From the NCBI RefSeq assembly GCF_040938485.1, contig NW_027271202.1:1364001-1428000 (forward strand): a stretch of DNA of 64,000 bases, given 5' to 3'. Made by a program: the position numbers and the translations under genes. A model generated the notes under the pieces. The model was not told the origin of the DNA, did no database searches, and saw only the letters and a program-made list of their open reading frames with translations. Within the stretch, counting starts at the first letter, position 1, and each line of letters begins with the position of its first letter. Origin of the DNA: Diadema antillarum. Lineage: Eukaryota. Shown here piece after piece: positions 48,005 to 61,044 of this stretch.

Positions 48005-51000
48005 ACGGGCAAGGAGATTGTCTAGATAAATGAAGGGGACAGGAATTTTGATTTTAAGCTAAACAGTGACCACAGCGTCCTCAAAGTAAATCAAAGCTGT
48101 AGAGTTCAATTGGGTTATATGTTCAATAAATGTTCCGTCAAACTAAACACTATTGATAATGGCACATTATTTGACACAGTAACACATCAAATGGTGTCGA
48201 ATTAGTGAATTTGTTACAATGCATGCAATTGTAAAGTAGAGAGAAGCATATGATCTTCATGTTCGTTTGCGTATGGTATTCCCTAACCTTGTCTTGTTTC
48301 CAGTTTGCAACTTGCGGCATAAACGTTTCTGAAACACTAGTTTTGCATGGCAAAATGATCCGTATATCAACGGCCTTATCAACTTCCAATACAGAAATGG
48401 CAAGCCACCTAGAAGAGAAAGAGAGGGAAGGAAAATATAACTTAATAATACGTTATAAATCGTTAAGTGTGATATGTTTGAATAAAACTGGGTATGTTAT
48501 ATGCGGTAAATGTTCTCTGTTGACCCAGAGACAAAACTGTGATTTCAACGTAACGCTGTCTTTACACTGGTATTACAGGTTACGAACAACATTCCTATCA
48601 AATTCTAACGTACTTTGTGTGTGTATAAATTGCATATCTGCCTGAACAGGGACGTAGCACCAAACAATTTTACTGGTGTCACACGTGATGACAGTTGCTA
48701 TGGCTACCACCCTGAAACCATGGGAACGCCAGACGGGTCTGTCTTCCGAGACTTCTACTCTCACCTCCTTCAAGCGGCGCATTACTTACGAGTGGCTGGC
48801 AGGCAGGTATGGGGATGATTACAAACTTTTGTGCTATCATACACACTGGACAGAATGGTCTCCTACAACACTATCTTCTTCTGCTCTCAGGTTCATTCTA
48901 TTCAGAAATACCAACAACGCTATGAGTGTTTGCAGTGGCGGATCCAGGGGGAGCGCATCGCGCACCCCTTTATCTTTTGTTAACCCCCTTTATTTTTTGT
49001 TAAAACAAAAGAAATAAAAAGAAAAATGAGGCGGGGTGCATGCCCCCCCCCCTTTAATTTTGTAAAGGCGCACCCCGTGTGGTCCGTATGGAACTCCTGG
49101 ATCCGCCCCTGATTTGTGTTCAGTGTATGACAATGACAACAATAATACCCTGGGCAACAGTTGCCTTATTATCATTACATTATCGTTGTTATGATTATTG
49201 TCATTGTAATTATTATAAATCATTAATGTTTCGCGGCTCAACACATGTCCATTACTCATTTTCTATTACTTTCTATAAAAAATATACTTTTCTGATACAT
49301 TGATATGCCAGTGCGGTAGAAAAGAGTTTAAGAATGTGTATGGGTCGGACTTTCTCCTCAATTTCTTGACCACCAACATTTTTTTTTTTGTATCTAACCA
49401 CCAGAGATCAATCGACAAAACACAACAACCATTGCGTCAACAAAGCTCGTCTGCGATCTACAAATCGCCGAAATTATCTGCAGCAGACGACAACTCCACA
49501 GAGGCCAGTATTCCCGCGCAGGTTGTTCACACCAGCCATGGACTCGGCATTCGCGGTCAGCGGCTGAACTCTGCTGCGTCGTCAATAGCATCTCGCTCTG
49601 CTACATGTAAGTCGGCTGGCCCTCTGTCTAGCAGCGGGTCATCGCAGTATGTTAACGCTCCTGCGTTCAAAAGTACTCATCCTCCAAAGCAATCATCTAC
49701 ACCGATTAAAATAACTTCTCAGCACGAGACCAACTCTCCAACTACTTTCTCACGAAAGAAATACATTTCGATCGACTCACCGACGTCAATGAACACGGGA
49801 GAGATGCTAAAGACTGGTACTTCAGGAGCCGACAGCAGCACTGACCCCATTAGCAAGGATCGCATCACTAATAATCACATGGAACGTGGGAAAGGGAACG
49901 TCTATCACATATCAATACCAGAAAAACCATGTCGTACAGAGAGCACACCTACGCACATCAACAAGGCCGCACTTTGCCAAGCGGTAAGTAACAACAGCTG
50001 TGGAATTTCTCCTCTCGACGAGTAGGGTGGGGTCCCATGATGTCTGGCACGACAAGTTTATAAGGGCGAATCAGTTTGGTAATAATTCATGTTATTGTTT
50101 ATTGCAGCCCAACTGTAAAGTGGTCGCTGTAGCTCTGCGCCAAAATTTCGCGACATGTTGAAGAAATTGTTACTGGTGAAATGCTGTTTTGTTTGCTTCA
50201 TTTCTATCTGAGAAGATGGCTGGATAGCCCATATTCAGCTGCAATAGCTGGTCATCCAGTTGGATGACAAGCGGGACCACTTCACTGGGTCAAACACCCT
50301 GCTCTTTGCGATGAATAAATACAGTGGGATTTTTTTGCGAGCCCGAGTTGTGATTCTCTCATACACAGGATCTCCATTTTATGTCCTGTCCGAGCTAGGA
50401 CCGAGTGTTTTGCCTCTAACTAGAGAAGGATGGTACGATTACACACAACAAAGCTCAGTGGGATTGGGGAATCGAACCGGGGTCCTTTGGATCGTGAGGT
50501 AGACGTGCTTCCGACTGAGCTAACTCACCGCCCTGTTCTGAAACATTTAACAGTCGTCCTACAAATATAGCTCTATCACCAATACTTACGATCACTCAAA
50601 TGGAGGCTTACAAATGTCCTGTGATTTCACAATCTGTGTGAAGTCTTTTCTTACAAGTGGCATCATTAATTTATCTGTGTCTCAGTGTTAAATAGGCCTT
50701 CATAATACACTCTTTAAGTTCTAATATCTTTTATATATATACATGTGTATATGAATGTACAGGACAGTGAATTATCCAGAACACACTCACAGACAAACAT
50801 CCCCTTGGTTGTCACAGCCTCTCTCTACATCCCATCCTACAAACACACTTACAAACAAACATTGCTTTGTTTGTCACCATCTCTCTCTACATCCCATCCT
50901 ACAAACACACTTACAGACAAACATTCCTTTGGTTGTCACAGCCTCTCTCTACATCCCATCCTACAAACACACTTTAATGCAGACAAATCTCCCTTTTGCT

Positions 51001-51079
51001 TTTCTCTCTACAGGTCTGTCTGGAGTCGGTCAGCAAGGAAGCCATTGCCATCGGTAACACAGGTCAAGTTAAGAGATGA
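39534..51079 (+). CDS. Uncharacterised protein of about 713 aa. Proposed exons 39498/39534-40804, 45818-45886, 48650-48806, 49405-49983 and 51014-51079
   Basis: A 454-aa ORF with an acceptor at 39497 and a GTAAGT donor at 40805. Four downstream AG/GT-bounded segments join without stops in consistent phases (2, 2, 0, 0). The protein is largely Ser/Pro/Thr-rich and no domain was recognised. The start codon and completeness of the exon set are uncertain. Confidence 0.6.
48933..49111. mobile_element. CAGTGGCGGATCC...GGATCCGCCCCTG MITE
   Basis: Near-perfect 13-bp TIR. The flanks GTTTG / ATTTG match at 4 of 5 positions. The interior matches the 13312 copy. Confidence 0.75.
50200..50532 (-). mobile_element. 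tRNA-derived SINE with a Deu-domain-like central core
   Basis: The minus-strand head is GGCGGTGAGTTAGCTCAGTCGG...GGTTCGATTCCCC (A and B boxes). The body TCGGACAGGACATAAAATGGAGATCCTG...AAAATCCCACTG...AAGAGCAGGG resembles the DeuSINE core as recalled; no alignment was run. Confidence 0.6.
50781..50975. repeat. 62-bp tandem repeat, about 3 copies
   Basis: ACACACT(C/T)AC...CTCTCTACATCCCATCCTACAA starts at 50781, 50843 and 50905. Confidence 0.9.
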
Positions 51080-51374
51080 GGTCCAGTGATGAAGACTGAC
51101 TTTCACTCCCATCTCTGGACTGTGCATGGTCAAATTCTGGGTACCAAAAAGCCTGAAGGATGTGTCTGGAAATCCTGCTGAAGAATCATACTGGAATTAA
51201 CATTTGCAGGTCCAATTACAGTGTCTATATAGGGTGGACACACAAAGCAATAACTGCATCTTCTTGCAAAATTTGGTCCCTTTGCTTTCAAAATGAGTTG
51301 AAGTACTGTGCAAAGGGACTATACCATATGGAAGCAACATCAGACATACTCAATACACATTATTGCTAGTTGTA

Positions 51375-51560
51375 TAGTGCACTCCCATTATAATGAACAC
51401 AGTTATAACAACATTCCGGTTACAACAATGTAAGAATTCAGGTTACAACATTATCGGCTCTATGTATTTTTATTGTTTATTTGTTCGGTTATAATAAAAT
51501 TTTGACATAACAAAAGAAAACTGCTAGTCCCGAGGACTTCGTTATAATGGGAGTCCACTG
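51375..51560. mobile_element. Short, diverged copy of the 11070 Tc1/mariner-type MITE
   Basis: TA|TAGTGCACTCCCATTATAATGAAC ... TTCGTTATAATGGGAGTCCACTG|TA. Confidence 0.7.
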
Positions 51561-54291
51561 TATAGTGTTACTGATTTATCACAATACACGTGCAAGTTTG
51601 CTGTTATATTGCAATGCCAAAGAAGCCATTTGAGACCATGCCATAGATTTACCCGATGGACGATTTCACATTTTAATTGCCAGCAGGAATCTACCACATT
51701 AATGCCTTCGATTTGCCCAATTCAGTAAATTGACCAAAGTGATGCGACTGGTACAGCTGAAAATACAGTGTCATATTACCTCTTGGTGCTGTACCACAAA
51801 CAGTCAAAAGGATGGAATATTTGATGAGGCGATACCCAAAAGATCCAACTACACCTTGATGCACAGAAATGTTTGCACATCATTGAAAGTAGATGAATTA
51901 TTAGTTTTTGTTAAAGCAAGAGAAAATTCAGGTTCAGTTCAGGTTCAAGCTAGCCCCTTGCCCATGTACAAATGTCTGTGTGTGTATGCATGTTCATGTT
52001 TGTGTACGTGTGCATAATGTTCATGCCTGACGGGCCAGTTTTTTATTTTATATATACATTGTATAGCCAATCAAAGTTACACACACTCTAATCTCGGTGA
52101 AAACAAAACTTCACATTAAAAATCCTTGACAAAAATCAATTGTTCTCCTGTTTATGATGCATTTAGTTACATCACTGTGGTTGTGTCACAGTCGACTGAT
52201 ATACGAAACATTTTACATAATGTATGTGGGCTTACTATTCGAGACCTGCATGGTAATGGATTTAATCCAGATAAATTGCTGATATCGATGTTATTCAGCA
52301 ATAACACAGTTTTTGCTTGTCTCCCTGAGAACGTCAAGGGAAAAAAGTCATATCACAGAAACAAAAATGTGCAAAAAGAACTTCTGTGAGCTCAATATCA
52401 CAATCTCAAAAATATTTCAGAAAAATTCAATAATTTTCCTGAAATAAGGATTTGCAGTTTATGAACATGCATGAAACAGGAATTCACATAATACATATCT
52501 ATTTTTTTCTGTATTTTCCCAAATTCTTGAAAAGTTCATGTAGGTACTTGGTGAGCAGGTTCAGGATGCAAGACAAATAGAGCAAAATTTTAATTGATAC
52601 ATGTACTTTGTATCATCATGCAGTCTCACTCTGTTTTTTTTTTATCGAATAGTTTTTACTTCAGTCTCTTGTTATTCTGTCACATTTCTCTTAATATTAC
52701 CAACATCGTTTTAATTGTATACTAAATCGACAAGAAGTGCAGTGACCTACAAAAATTGACAGCATGCATACTACAGCACCCTTGCCTTGGAAATTCTGAA
52801 GAGTTTTCACAAAGAGCAACAAAATGCACATTTCAAGAATTGCTTGCCATTCTATATGACAAAACTAAATGAGTTATGTCATATGTAGTATTTGAACAAA
52901 ATCAAAAAAGAAAAAAAAAACCACGAGGACGTTCAGCCCCAGATAATTGTAATGCTTTGTAAACCCTGACAGGTCCATGCTTAAACATAATATTCACAAA
53001 ATCAGTGAATCAGACATTCTGCTACTCTAGAGTGTATCTCGTATGTCTTAAATCTGCATTTAAGACAGGAGCCTTGAAAGAGGGAACTACCCTGGCAAGA
53101 GTCAAAATTCATCAACTGTTTGAGAGAGTGTGAACGAAAGATCTTCAGGTACATGTCACTGATATGTAGACAACTTCATCGAGGTAAACTTTGATAAGAT
53201 GTCTGGCTCCACAATGTAAACTTGTAAACATGAGTGACATATGCTACAAGACACTCACTTTTCTCTTGTTGCAGTTTTACTCTGAGTCAGGTATTGTAAC
53301 AAGATTCTCTGAGCAGATACAGAGGTTGTTGGTCTATTAGACCACTGTTATGCATATTGATAATTATGTATTCGGAGAAAACATGACCCTTTTCACTTCT
53401 TATATTGCCATATTGCTTCACTGATAGAAGTTGCCATCACTTAACAATGTAGAGTATTATGAAGCCAATGATAAGTAGCTATTTGTATCTGCCTGTAAAT
53501 ATCATGTGTATTTACTGACAGCATTATTAAACTTTGTTTGAACTGACAAGATGTACCGTTGATATTACATAATTTCTATTTCAACAAGCTGAAGACAGCT
53601 TGCATTTCAATAAATATGATATTTTCTTATGCAATAATATAAGTGGTTCTCTGCTCTTGACTGTTGATGTTCAATATCATGCTCTTTTGAGAAAGCCAGT
53701 TTTAACACATATTAGGACACTTCTTTTGATACATAAAGCCATTGCAGGCTTAACCTATAATGTGTACGCCGTTAGGAAGCTATTGGATATGACTTTGCAT
53801 ATTGCAGCACTAGCTTCTGATGCTCACTCGTTAAAAGTATGTTTGGGTACTTGTAATAAATGGCATGGAACCACTGTAACTGTGTTTCCCCCTTTATCAC
53901 CTGCAAAACAAGCTGATTCCATAAACTCACCCAATCTTTCTGGTTGCAATGTTTTATCTTCGTAGCAACAGCTGAAGGCAAGTGTTTTTAACCAGGGAGA
54001 TGTATATGTGCCAGCCTGTCAATGGTTTATATGTGGATGGAGGATTGTGTGATGCAAACATTGAGCAGTCATATCATCAGCTTGCACAATACAATATTCT
54101 GTCAGAAATACTTCTACCTCCAACAGCTTCACCTCTTTTGATGAAGGTGTTTCTTAAGGTTCACTGTAGGACAGAACTTGCCTGATGCTGCATAGGAAAA
54201 ATGTCTAGCTACTGAGTGTAAGTCTTGTAGGGCCATACAAGTTCATATCCTGATGTCAATCTCTCAAAGTCTCCAGAAAACATTTTCTGCC

Positions 54292-57200
54292 TCACTCCTT
54301 CTTGTTCATTGTTTCTCCAAGCTCCTCAAGAAGTTCTTGCTTGTAGTCGTCAAAGCCACCGTCTATCTCATTGATGGTTTGGTCCTCAATGACCCAGAGC
54401 TGGCAGTCTGTCTCGGTGATGAGGCGGGCGTCATGGGAGACGATAATGACACCTATCAAACAATGATAACACTCATTCATGACACCATCCATAGATTATA
54501 TAATTAGCAACAGACAAACCGGCATTCAGTGTTATTTTACTAGATAAAGGATAATTCCATCATCCTACCACAGCTGTATACATGGAAAATTCTCTCTCCC
54601 TTCTATGGGACTGGCATTCCTTTCATTTCTTGAGACACTCTCAATGCAATTTTATTAATGTATGTTGCTGACACGACCAAAATACAAAGCCCAAGTCATG
54701 CTTTGTTCAAATACAGTTCATTTGAGTCAAGTTTTACAGATCATTTACATCAAATTACTGAGTACAATGGGCTACCACAAAATAATGTCTTCATATATTC
54801 AAACTGCAAATATGCAATTCTAGATTCTGTCTATTAATTAAACAAACACAGGAGGCTCAACAAAGCTATGTCAGTTCACCTCAAATAACTTGAACTAAAG
54901 CTCACCTCCAGCATAGTGATTAATGGCATCAGCCAGAGCATCAATAGACTCGATGTCCAGGTTGTTTGTTGGTTCGTCCTGTAGCAAGAAGGCATGATAG
55001 CAGTATATCCAAATCAAATCTACTGTAGTACTCAATTTGTTAGATTTCCTTTTTTTCCCCCTGCATATGCCAAGAGCATTATATAAAAACTTCTTCTTTT
55101 TATTAGAATACAGTGTCTAAACCAGATAGGGAAATGAAAAGTCTTTTTTACACTTTAATGGCACTGTAAGCAATAACATAAAATTACTTTGTGCAACACA
55201 TACATATGCTCAATTATCACATATACCACAGAAATACATACAAAGATTGGCTGTTTTGTCACAATCACAATGTCTTTCTTAGTCAATGAGACATTTCTCA
55301 GTTGTTGTTGTTTTTTTTCAGCAAAGAATTATTTCAAACCTGAAGTCAGCACAAGGGACCTCAAGGACACTTAAGAAATTGGAAACTCACAGAGTATAAA
55401 GAATGTAATGTATGACAGGACACAGAAAATGTATTAAATGTATTAAATGTATCAAAAACTCTACTGATACACAGTATATTTTAAAGGCAAAAATCATATT
55501 CAGGATCAAACATAGACAACTTCAAGTGTGCATAATAAACCAAATGTCAAGAAAAAAAATCATTACAAAACCATATTTTTCTATTTTTTCTAATACTGTA
55601 AAAGTGCTTTCTTTCGTGTACAGATACTTTCACGGTTTCCATTGGTTGTGACTTTTTCGCGTGTGTTTAAATTCACGGTCGACAAAATCTGTGAATTCAC
55701 AGTCAGCAAAAACTGTTTTATTTTGCACATGAAAACCCAAACTATAATCCAATTATTCTTTTATTTGTTAAATAGAAATTAAAATTAAATGCAGGCTTAC
55801 CTGAAATCCCGTCTCTCGAGTACGTTATAACATACTTGTACCTACATTGCGCGGTATCGCTGTGTGTGTTGACCATTAATACACACAATGCGCGGAATCT
55901 TCGTGTGTGCATGTGCGCAATAGCGTTGTAACCAGTTGTAACAAGCGGTGAGTTCAAAACATTTTCGCGTAATGTTAAATTCGCGGTTCAACCTCAAAGC
56001 GCGTAAAGCGCGAAAATAAACCCACCGCGAAAGAAACCACTTTTACAGTATTGTACAAACAAACAAGTTGGGAACTTATATGATGAAGCTGCAGAGTTTA
56101 GCTTTCTGCGACAATGTACTGGAGATTATAAACAAAGATATACAAGCAAACAAGCTGACCAATATGACAATGTCAGGCTGGCTCCGGCAAAGGTCAGCAA
56201 AGGCCACCCTGGACTTCTGACCACCTGACAGGTCCTTAGTCTTGATGGTGTGTGCATGGCTGACCAGTCCAAAGCGTCCCAGCAGCTTGCGGCAGTCCTG
56301 GTACTGTAAGTTATACTTGGTCTGGATGCAAGAGGAGAGTCAGTCATGTGAGCAAAGCATTAAGTATTGAAAATAAAATCACATTGCATTTCTTATCTTG
56401 CCAGACAGGGGTGATATTGAGGTTAAAAGTAAAAAATGGAAATCAAAATTTTTGGATAATTTCAATCCATGAAAATAGAAAAATGTGTATAGACCAGGGA
56501 GAAAACAGAAAATCAGATCTAAATTTACAGAACATCATGCCTGTAAAAGGAGGCAGAGCCTTTATTAACACAATGCTGTGTAGAAGTACTAGTGAGAGAT
56601 ATAGACTGCTGTGATGTGAGTTGAGGGGCTTTGGTGGGCGTCTAATAAAATGATAATCACAGCAGGATATGGAAGATCATGAATACCTTTTTGATGTTTG
56701 AAGAATATAATGCATACCTCCCAAGAAAAGCACTTCATATGAAATATCATGTTCCAAGACTTGGCTTGCATGCCATCAAATCACGCTGAAAAGATAACAT
56801 TTTGCAATCTCCTTCAACCCTTTCAATGTTCTACCAGCTCATCTAAACTGCAATTTGAAAGAACTGACTAGATGTAATACTGGTATACCAATCTTAAGGT
56901 CTCTTTTACCTGAAGATATTCCACTGGGCTCACATCCATTGTTAGCTGGTCCGCTGAATGTTGACTGTAGGATCCTATCCGTAACCTGTGGTTTTTCCTG
57001 ATTTCTCCTTTCAGCTGTAACAAATATAAAATATAAAATAAAAATATTATTCATCACATGTACGACTTGGACAGCGGCAGTGCATTTCACAACTTTTATT
57101 CTACATGACCACAAACAGACACCAGACTGGGTCTACTAACCCTTCCTCCTTTACAATTTTTTGTTTGTAATATATCTGCTTAGAGCAGCATTGTATTGTT

Positions 57201-57919
57201 CACCACAATAAAGAGATTGTTACATGCTCAATATGAGGAAGGGATAACACTTTTACCAACAAAACCATGAACAGAAGACAGTCAAGGCACATTCCACTTT
57301 ATCAGTAAGACCATATACATGAAAATGAGAGCATTCAACCAACTTTACAAGAGGAAAATATGTTGATTTATACTTAAAAGGGGCAATTGTCAACCACAAC
57401 TTTGTTAACTACTCAGTTAATGATCATCAATCTGCATGTTTTGCTTGGGATGCTCATTCACAAAACACATACTTTTGCATATGCACACAAACAAAAATAT
57501 TTTTTGAGAATGCAATCAAACACCAAGGAATCAATTCATAGTCCTTACTCACTTGAGCGACTAAAGGATACAAAACAAATAAACCTTGATAATGATTCTG
57601 ATGAGAATTCTTTCTTAAGCCTCGGGACAATCACCATTAGTAGCAATGATGCTAAAATTGTCAACTCCAAATCTAGCACACATTTTATCCATTTTAAAGT
57701 TTGTCTCTGGTCTTTGTAGTGCCTAAATCTTGATGCAAAACTCCAAAAACAAAACAAAACAAAACAATTGTGTCCCTGAATGCTGGACACAATGCAAATA
57801 AAAGAACGAGGGAAAACTTTCCAAGCGAAGGCTTTACAATGTACTTACAGGAGATAACTCCCCTTGGAGCAATTTCAGGAATGTACTCTTCCCAACTCCA
57901 TTGGGTCCAACTATTGCAA
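54292..57919 (-). CDS. ABCF1: ATP-binding cassette sub-family F member 1, 3' part. Exons 57849-57919, 56910-57014, 56160-56321, 54906-54978 and 54292-54452; upstream exons lie beyond 64000
   Basis: The spliced product is [23 protein letters not shown]|[35 protein letters not shown]|[54 protein letters not shown]|[24 protein letters not shown]|[53 protein letters not shown]. This covers Walker A, the LSGGQ signature, Walker B and the H-loop, and the C-terminus matches ABCF1 ([18 protein letters not shown]). Confidence 0.93.
55596..56048. mobile_element. TA-flanked MITE with ~24-bp TIR CTGTAAAAGTG(C/G)TTTCTTTCG, in an ABCF1 intron
   Basis: TA|CTGTAAAAGTGCTTTCTTTCGTG ... CGCGAAAGAAACCACTTTTACAG|TA. 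Confidence 0.75.
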
Positions 57920-58200
57920 CTATGTAGAAGGAACAAAAACATATGAGTAAGTCTTTTTTTCCCCTTGAAAACAGACAGAGAAAAAATCAACATCAGGAAA
58001 TTCCAAGAATTAAAGTTTACAAAAACACATTTCTGAGTGGCAAATAAAGCTTTTACAAAATGAAGTCCAAGGGAATTCTGACTAATTGATATCTAATGAA
58101 AGATAGTTCTTGAAAGCAACAATGTATTTAAACATAATCTTTTTTATATCTGTATGGTTGAATCATTGTGCAACAAATACAAAATCCAAACATATTACAG

Positions 58201-61044
58201 CCCTTACGAAAAAGTCCTGTGGTACTCCTGTGGTAATTACCACAGGACGGTACCACAGGACAGTACCACAGGACAGTACCACAGGACAGTACCACAGGAA
58301 TTGTCCTGTGGTATTTTGGGACATACCACAGGACAGTACCACAGGAATTCCTGTGGTATTTTGGGACGTACCACAGGGCAATACCACAGGAAAGTACCAC
58401 AGGACCGGTACCACAGAACAGTACCACAGGACAGTACCACAGGAATTCCTGTGGTATTTTGGGACGTACCACAGGGCAGTACCACAGGAAATCCTGTGGT
58501 ATTTTGGGACGTACCACAGGGCAGTACCACAGGACTAGTACCACAGATCAGTACCACAGGAACTGTCCTGTGGTATTTTTGGACAGTACCACAGGACAGT
58601 ACCACAGGTCGATCATTACCACACAGCATTACCACAGGGCAGTACCACACAGCATTTCCATGGTACCACAGGAGAGTACCACACAGGATAGATCGAAAAA
58701 AAAATTTGGGTGAATTTTAGTCACATATCAAGGAATATTCCTGATAGGTGAGTGATGGATTTCAGGACAAACATGGCCCTACTTAATAACCTGTCCTACT
58801 CCTAACATAATCATTAACCTCAAACGAGAGTCTAATGGCCAAGTGCCAATCTAGTTCTATAATAGATCTATATAGTCATATTCTATTCCTAGGTAGCCAT
58901 CGACCGTATCAGTACATATATATATGGCCGTCTATCCGTAAAGCATTAAGGCATGGTTACTAACTCGATTATACTTTATTATTAAGATATGAAATTACAC
59001 TTTCATAACAATATCTATGATATTGGGAATAACATAACATAATTAGACAATCTTTCATAAAGTTCAAAGTAAGTTCCATCATTAATACTTTGACTTTTAA
59101 AGTCATATATGTATTTTCTAAAATCTAGAGTGCTTTTTATGAATATTCATGAGCTATGTAAAAATTTGTACCACAGGAGTACCACAGGAGTACCACAGGA
59201 GTACCACAGGAGTACCGTACCACAGAAGTCCTTATGAAATTTCTCATGCTTTACATCAGCACTTTCACTAAATAGGTAATACTGTAGGAGTATAGGACAG
59301 GATAAGTAATGGCAAATCAATTCCTATAATTCACAGCATAACTCATCTATCAATTAATTGAGGAATATTAATATGTGCTTTTTTGTTTGTATTTTTATAA
59401 TAAATTTCAGTGGATTCTGCCTTACAATTTTCCTGTGTGGTACTCCTGTGTGGTACAGCTGTTTGATATTCTCCTGATGTGATAGTCCTCTGGTATAAAA
59501 TGTTAAGAAAAAAAAATATCCTGTAGCATTTTTCTGTGGTACTTACGAATTTAATTTGCTGTGTGGTACTTCTGTGTGGAATAGCACCATATTATGATTT
59601 TCCTGTGGGATTTTGGACAGTTCCTGTGGTACTCCCCTGTGGTATACATCGAAAATTACCACAGGAAATTCCTGTCGTACTGTCCTGTGGTACGTCCCAA
59701 AGTTCCACAGGACAATTCGTGTGGTACTGTCCTGTGGTACGTCCCAAAATACCACAGGACAAGTCATGTGGTACTGTCCTGTGGTACCATCCTGTGGTAC
59801 TTTCCTGTGGTACTGTCCTGTGGTACGTCCCAAAATACCACAGGACAAGTCGTGTGGTACTGTCCTGTGGTACTATCCTGTGGTACTGTCCTGTGGTACT
59901 GCCCTGTGGTACGTCCCAAAATACCACAGGACAATTCCTGTGGTACTGTCCTGTGGTATGTCCCAAAATACCACAGGACAAGTCGTGTGGTACTGTCCTG
60001 TGGTACTATCCTGTGGTACTGTCCTGTGGTACTGCCCTGTGGTACGTCCCAAAATACCACAGGACAAGTCGTGTGGTACTGTCCTGTGGTACTATCCTGT
60101 GGTACTTTCCTGTGGTACTGTCCTGTGGTACTGTCCTGTGGTACGTCCCAAAATACCACAGGACAAGTCGTGAGGTACTGTCCTGTGGTAATATCCTGTG
60201 GTACTGTCCTGTGGTACTGTCCTGTGGTACGTCCCAAAATACCACAGGACAATTCCTGTGGTACTGTCCTGTGGTACTGTCCTGTGGTACTGCCCTGTGG
60301 TACTGTCCTGTGGTACTATCCTGTGGTACTGTCCTGTGGTACTATCCTGTGGTACTGTCCTGTGGTACACTCCTGTGGTATGTCCCAAAATACCACAGGA
60401 CAATTCCTGTGGTACTGTCCTGTGGTACTATCCTGTGGTACTTTCCTGTGGTACTGTCCTGTGGTACTGTCCTGTGGTTCGTCCTAAAATACCACAGAAC
60501 AAGTCGTGTGGTACTGTCCTGTGGTACTATCCTGTGGTACTTTCCTGTTTTTCTCTCCTGTGGTACGTCCCAAAATACCACAGGACAATTCATGCGGTAC
60601 TGTCCTGTGGTACTGTCGTGTGGTATACGTCCCAAAATACCACAGGACAATTTGTGTGTATACTGTCTTGTGGTACTGTCCTGTGGTACTTTCCTGTGGT
60701 AATGTCCTGTGGTACTGCCCTGTGGTATATCCCAGAGTGCCACACGAGCCTGTGACACAGTACCACACAGTTCCTGTGTTAACATATATTTGTGTGGTAC
60801 ATTGTGTGGTACCAGCCAGTACCACAGGGAGTACCACATGAGCCAGTAAAACAGTACCACACAGTTCCTGTGGTAACATTTATTTATGTGGTACATTGTG
60901 TGGTACTGACAAGTACTACAGGGAGTACCCTACAAGCCTGTGGTACAGCACCACACAGTTCCTGTGGTAACATTACAAGTGTGTGGTACATTGTGTGGTA
61001 CCGACAAGTACCACAGGGAGTACCACAGGACTTTTTTGTTAGGG
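58201..61044. mobile_element. 2.8-kb foldback-type non-autonomous element (EnSpm/CMC-like architecture) with ~28-bp TIRs and inward-facing arrays of an 11-bp GTACCACAGGA unit
   Basis: The left end CCCTTACGAAAAAGTCCTGTGGTACTCC matches the reverse complement of the right end, CCCTAACAAAAAAGTCCTGTGGTACTCC. The left array is mostly GTACCACAGGA and the right array mostly TCCTGTGGTAC. No TSD is visible. Confidence 0.7.

Noticed and set aside
57560-57760. Minus-strand frame [13 protein letters not shown], vaguely like the ABCF FGIDMDSRIAIVGPNG segment
   Set aside because: The real Walker A exon is at 57849-57919. This stretch has stops and no proper splice sites, so the resemblance is chance.
59690-60600. 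CRISPR-like look: the constant module GTCCCAAAATACCACAGGACAA separated by variable-length stretches
   Set aside because: The intervening stretches are copies of the same 11-mer, not unique spacers. The context is eukaryotic and there are no cas genes.
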